A stretch of DNA of 64,000 bases from Camelus dromedarius (lineage: Eukaryota): assembly GCF_036321535.1 (NCBI RefSeq), contig NC_087437.1:44394001-44458000 (forward strand). Reading direction: 5' to 3'. Shown piece by piece: positions 63,783-64,000 of the stretch. Positions within the stretch are counted from its first letter, which is position 1. Every line of letters begins with the position of its first letter. Below the pieces are notes generated by a model that was not told the origin of the DNA, did no database searches, and saw only the letters and a list, made by a program, of their open reading frames with translations. The position numbers and the translations under genes were made by a program.

Positions 63783-64000
63783 AAGAATACGTATATAAGA
63801 TACCAATTGTATAAAGGTAAAAATCCATAAAGCCTAAGGAATGAATTATTAAGGACTTATACATGCATATATATTAAATCTATAAAAAAGACAAGAAGAA
63901 CCGCCCCCCCACCCCCCCCAAAAAACCAGATTGGTGATTATCCTGGGGCCAGAGTGAGTGATGGAATAGAGTATCTAGGGGCTTTCAATAGTATTGGAGG

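Larger units (their letters stand above)
61860..64000 (+). mobile_element. Ancient L1M remnant (ORF2 fragments and 3'UTR) carrying younger insertions
   Basis: 'caaataggagggcttgccattctgaatattaagg', 'ggaaatgcaaattaaacccacagtg', 'gcagtaattccttccctagagaaattc'. Confidence 0.75.

Noticed and set aside
1..64000. CRISPR array, operon, defence system, rRNA or intact provirus
   Set aside because: Sequence is mammalian; no repeat-spacer array, no long ORFs, only solo LTRs

Overview
AT-rich, CpG-depleted placental-mammal genomic DNA, most likely camelid (camel/alpaca lineage), judged from two tRNA-Ala-derived Vic-1-type SINEs and artiodactyl-type L1 3' ends. A large fraction is decayed interspersed repeats: L1, L2, MIR, MaLR/ERV1 solo LTRs and hAT elements (MER58A, MER91A, MER5A, Charlie1a). 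All repeat names are by-eye matches to remembered consensus sequences and most boundaries are approximate. No ORF in the supplied track is a recognisable host gene; they are L1 remnants, microsatellite read-throughs or chance ORFs. Younger L1s, LTRs and SINEs are mostly on the minus strand, which suggests a long intron of a + strand gene. I found no evidence of a new biological system. Best leads: a candidate + strand terminal exon at 60550, a candidate poison exon at 19951, a speculative chain of phase-compatible minus-strand exons, an AP-1/FOX/ETS motif cluster at about 30.3-30.85 kb, a twin-primed L1, and an L1 whose 5'UTR is fused directly into ORF2.
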